Below, piece after piece: positions 62,201-64,000 of a DNA stretch of 64,000 bases. This DNA comes from Lingula anatina (Eukaryota; Animalia; Brachiopoda): NCBI GenBank assembly GCA_051362555.1, contig CM120647.1:4898001-4962000 (forward strand), read 5' to 3'. Position numbers and translations under genes: made by a program. Numbering within the stretch: the first letter of the stretch is position 1; every line of letters starts with the position of its first letter. The notes beneath the pieces are model-generated. The model was not told where the DNA came from. It worked only from the letters and a program-made list of their open reading frames with translations, and searched no databases.

Positions 62201-62828
62201 GCATAAACTATGCAAATTAGGTGCCAAAATATATAATATTTCATATTTCTATTAATTTTTGGTCTAGAAACATGTATAGATTATCAAACCTGACAAAATT
62301 AGGGACCGGGAACCCATTTTTGATATTATGGAAGCGATTGATGGCCATTTTGTGCCTCAAATCCAAGATGGCCGCCATCGCCATTTTGAAAGTGGACATA
62401 ATTTTGCTATCTTATGTTGAATTTTGAAGCGTATGGTCTATAGTAGAGTCTTATATTTCATAGGTCATTCACGTACATACACATCTCTTAAGTCTAAATA
62501 AATGCTTAAAATTGGAAAGTATTATTTTGCAGTCGCTGTGACTCATTCATAAGTTGAAAAAACAGAATAAATCTCATTGACCTCGTTCTCCAAAATATCT
62601 ATACTTCATTTATAAGTCTCGGCATATTTTGAATGCATCACAACAACAGTTAGTTAGATAGGGGCCTTATTGTGTCAAAAATGAAAAGCTAGACTTTATC
62701 TATATCTGTGAGCTGTGCACAAAACAAACAGAACGCCTTACCTTCTGACCCTTCTCAGCTCCAGAACCCATTACATTAACAACCACCAACAGCAAGCAAA
62801 TCACGCGTGGAAGAAACATTTTAATCAT
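56281..62828 (-). CDS. Divergent secreted SCP-like EF-hand protein copy G, 203 aa (exon 1 62828-62742, exon 2 56805-56281)
   Basis: MIKMFLPRVICLLLVVVNVMGSGAEKGQK | DKPYIGDEWRAKIVRFFSILDADKDGIVNRHDY...DQNQNGIIDKEE...WFFGI. Splice sites AAG|GTAAGG and CTTCAG|GAC, phase 0, 5.9-kb intron. Confidence 0.83.
58274..62028. mobile_element. Old TIR DNA transposon (Sola3-like) in the intron of copy G
   Basis: TTAA|GAGCGCGTCCATGA...GGCAAGGTGGGGGTCAGCAGATTT matches the reverse complement of AAATCTGTTGACCCCCACCTTGCC...TCATGGACACACAC|TTAA. Internal splice-like remnants but no long ORF. Confidence 0.6.
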
Positions 62829-63120
62829 CGACTGAACGAGTTAATCGTTTTTAGATCAGCGTTCTATGTGTTCTGTACCGTCTTGAATAAGCGGATTAAT
62901 TAAATAGACAGTTCCTTATGGAGAGTTCAAAGGTACATTTTATCCAATCAAGTTTAGCAAGTTTGAGTGCGAGGTTTTAAAAACACAAACTATTATTGCA
63001 TCTTATTGAATACACCATGGCCAATTTCGAATTGCTCTTTTAAGATAAAATAGAGTTTGTTCTTGTATATTGTACTTGAGATAGGTCCACATGTCTCTCT
63101 AAGCTGCTTCGTGAAATGTA

Positions 63121-63191
<71 letters not shown>

Positions 63192-64000
63192 TTGGTGATG
63201 TAGACGTTGGGCCAACTGCCGGATTAGGCGCTACAAGTCAGCATAGCAAAAAAAAGCCTCCACTGCCAGACCAGGCACTTTATCCTTGATTTAACCTCCT
63301 AAGTGCCAAGCACCAAGCGGAGAGACAGCAGGTACCGGTTATGAAGGATTAGCTCGTCGATGCCATGTCCCCCAGATCCGAATGCTGACATTAACCCCAA
63401 GGCCATATGACCTTAGATGACAACCGACTTATTTATCTATTTATACAACCGTAACTATTTAATTCAACAGCATATTGTCATTATTCATGAGATATATTTC
63501 TTCCCGGCGTCTTTCTAATATCATGCTGGTACGAAATAAAGCATTAGATCACAGTGAACGATGTAAGCGGCACGTAGGCTTGGTGTCTTCATAGACGGAT
63601 GACAATTAGGTAACATAAATGACGGTAGTCAATACAGTGTTATTCAGCCGATAAGCGGGTATTGCGACACGTTGATGGTGGGTTATGCCTGTAAAATTAC
63701 ACGACTGAATCCTTTTCAGGGACATTGTACATCAGAATAAGAAATAATTTACATTGCGTCTATGCCCAATCTCATACATGATTTTACTGGTAATTTAAGG
63801 AGTAACGCACAACGCACCACATCGTGCTGATATTGGATGTCATTATATGTACCAAAACTGATTGGGTCTTACTGTGTATTTGCACTTTCCAGAATGCATC
63901 GAACACGTTTAACCCTCTGACCAAGATAAATGCCAATTTATTCATTAATGAGTTCTATTAACAAACAAAGCAAACCTCAAAGAAGCATTTTTCCCGATAG

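Overview
AT-rich eukaryotic (probably marine invertebrate) genomic DNA with spliceosomal introns. The backbone is a minus-strand tandem array of two-exon genes. Exon 1 encodes a signal peptide that the ORF track does not link to the gene; exon 2 is a 525-nt exon encoding an EF-hand protein of the sarcoplasmic calcium-binding protein (SCP)/aequorin fold. I read four intact copies, two frameshifted copies and three fragments. The array is heavily invaded by mobile DNA. (1) A Polinton/Maverick (13702-29384, 6-bp TSD CTCATG) has an intact capsid/protease/ATPase module, a frameshifted integrase and an N-terminally deleted pPolB. It also carries unusual cargo: a SLOG/YpsA-like gene, a four-exon spliced microgene behind a five-unit heat-shock element, and an HSE/AP-1 cluster. 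(2) Two 4103-bp Ginger1 DNA transposons with an intact 8-exon integrase form a giant inverted repeat inside directly duplicated flanks. (3) There are also a decayed LINE, tRNA-derived SINEs and many TIR elements/MITEs. All family assignments come from motif recognition by eye, not from database searches.
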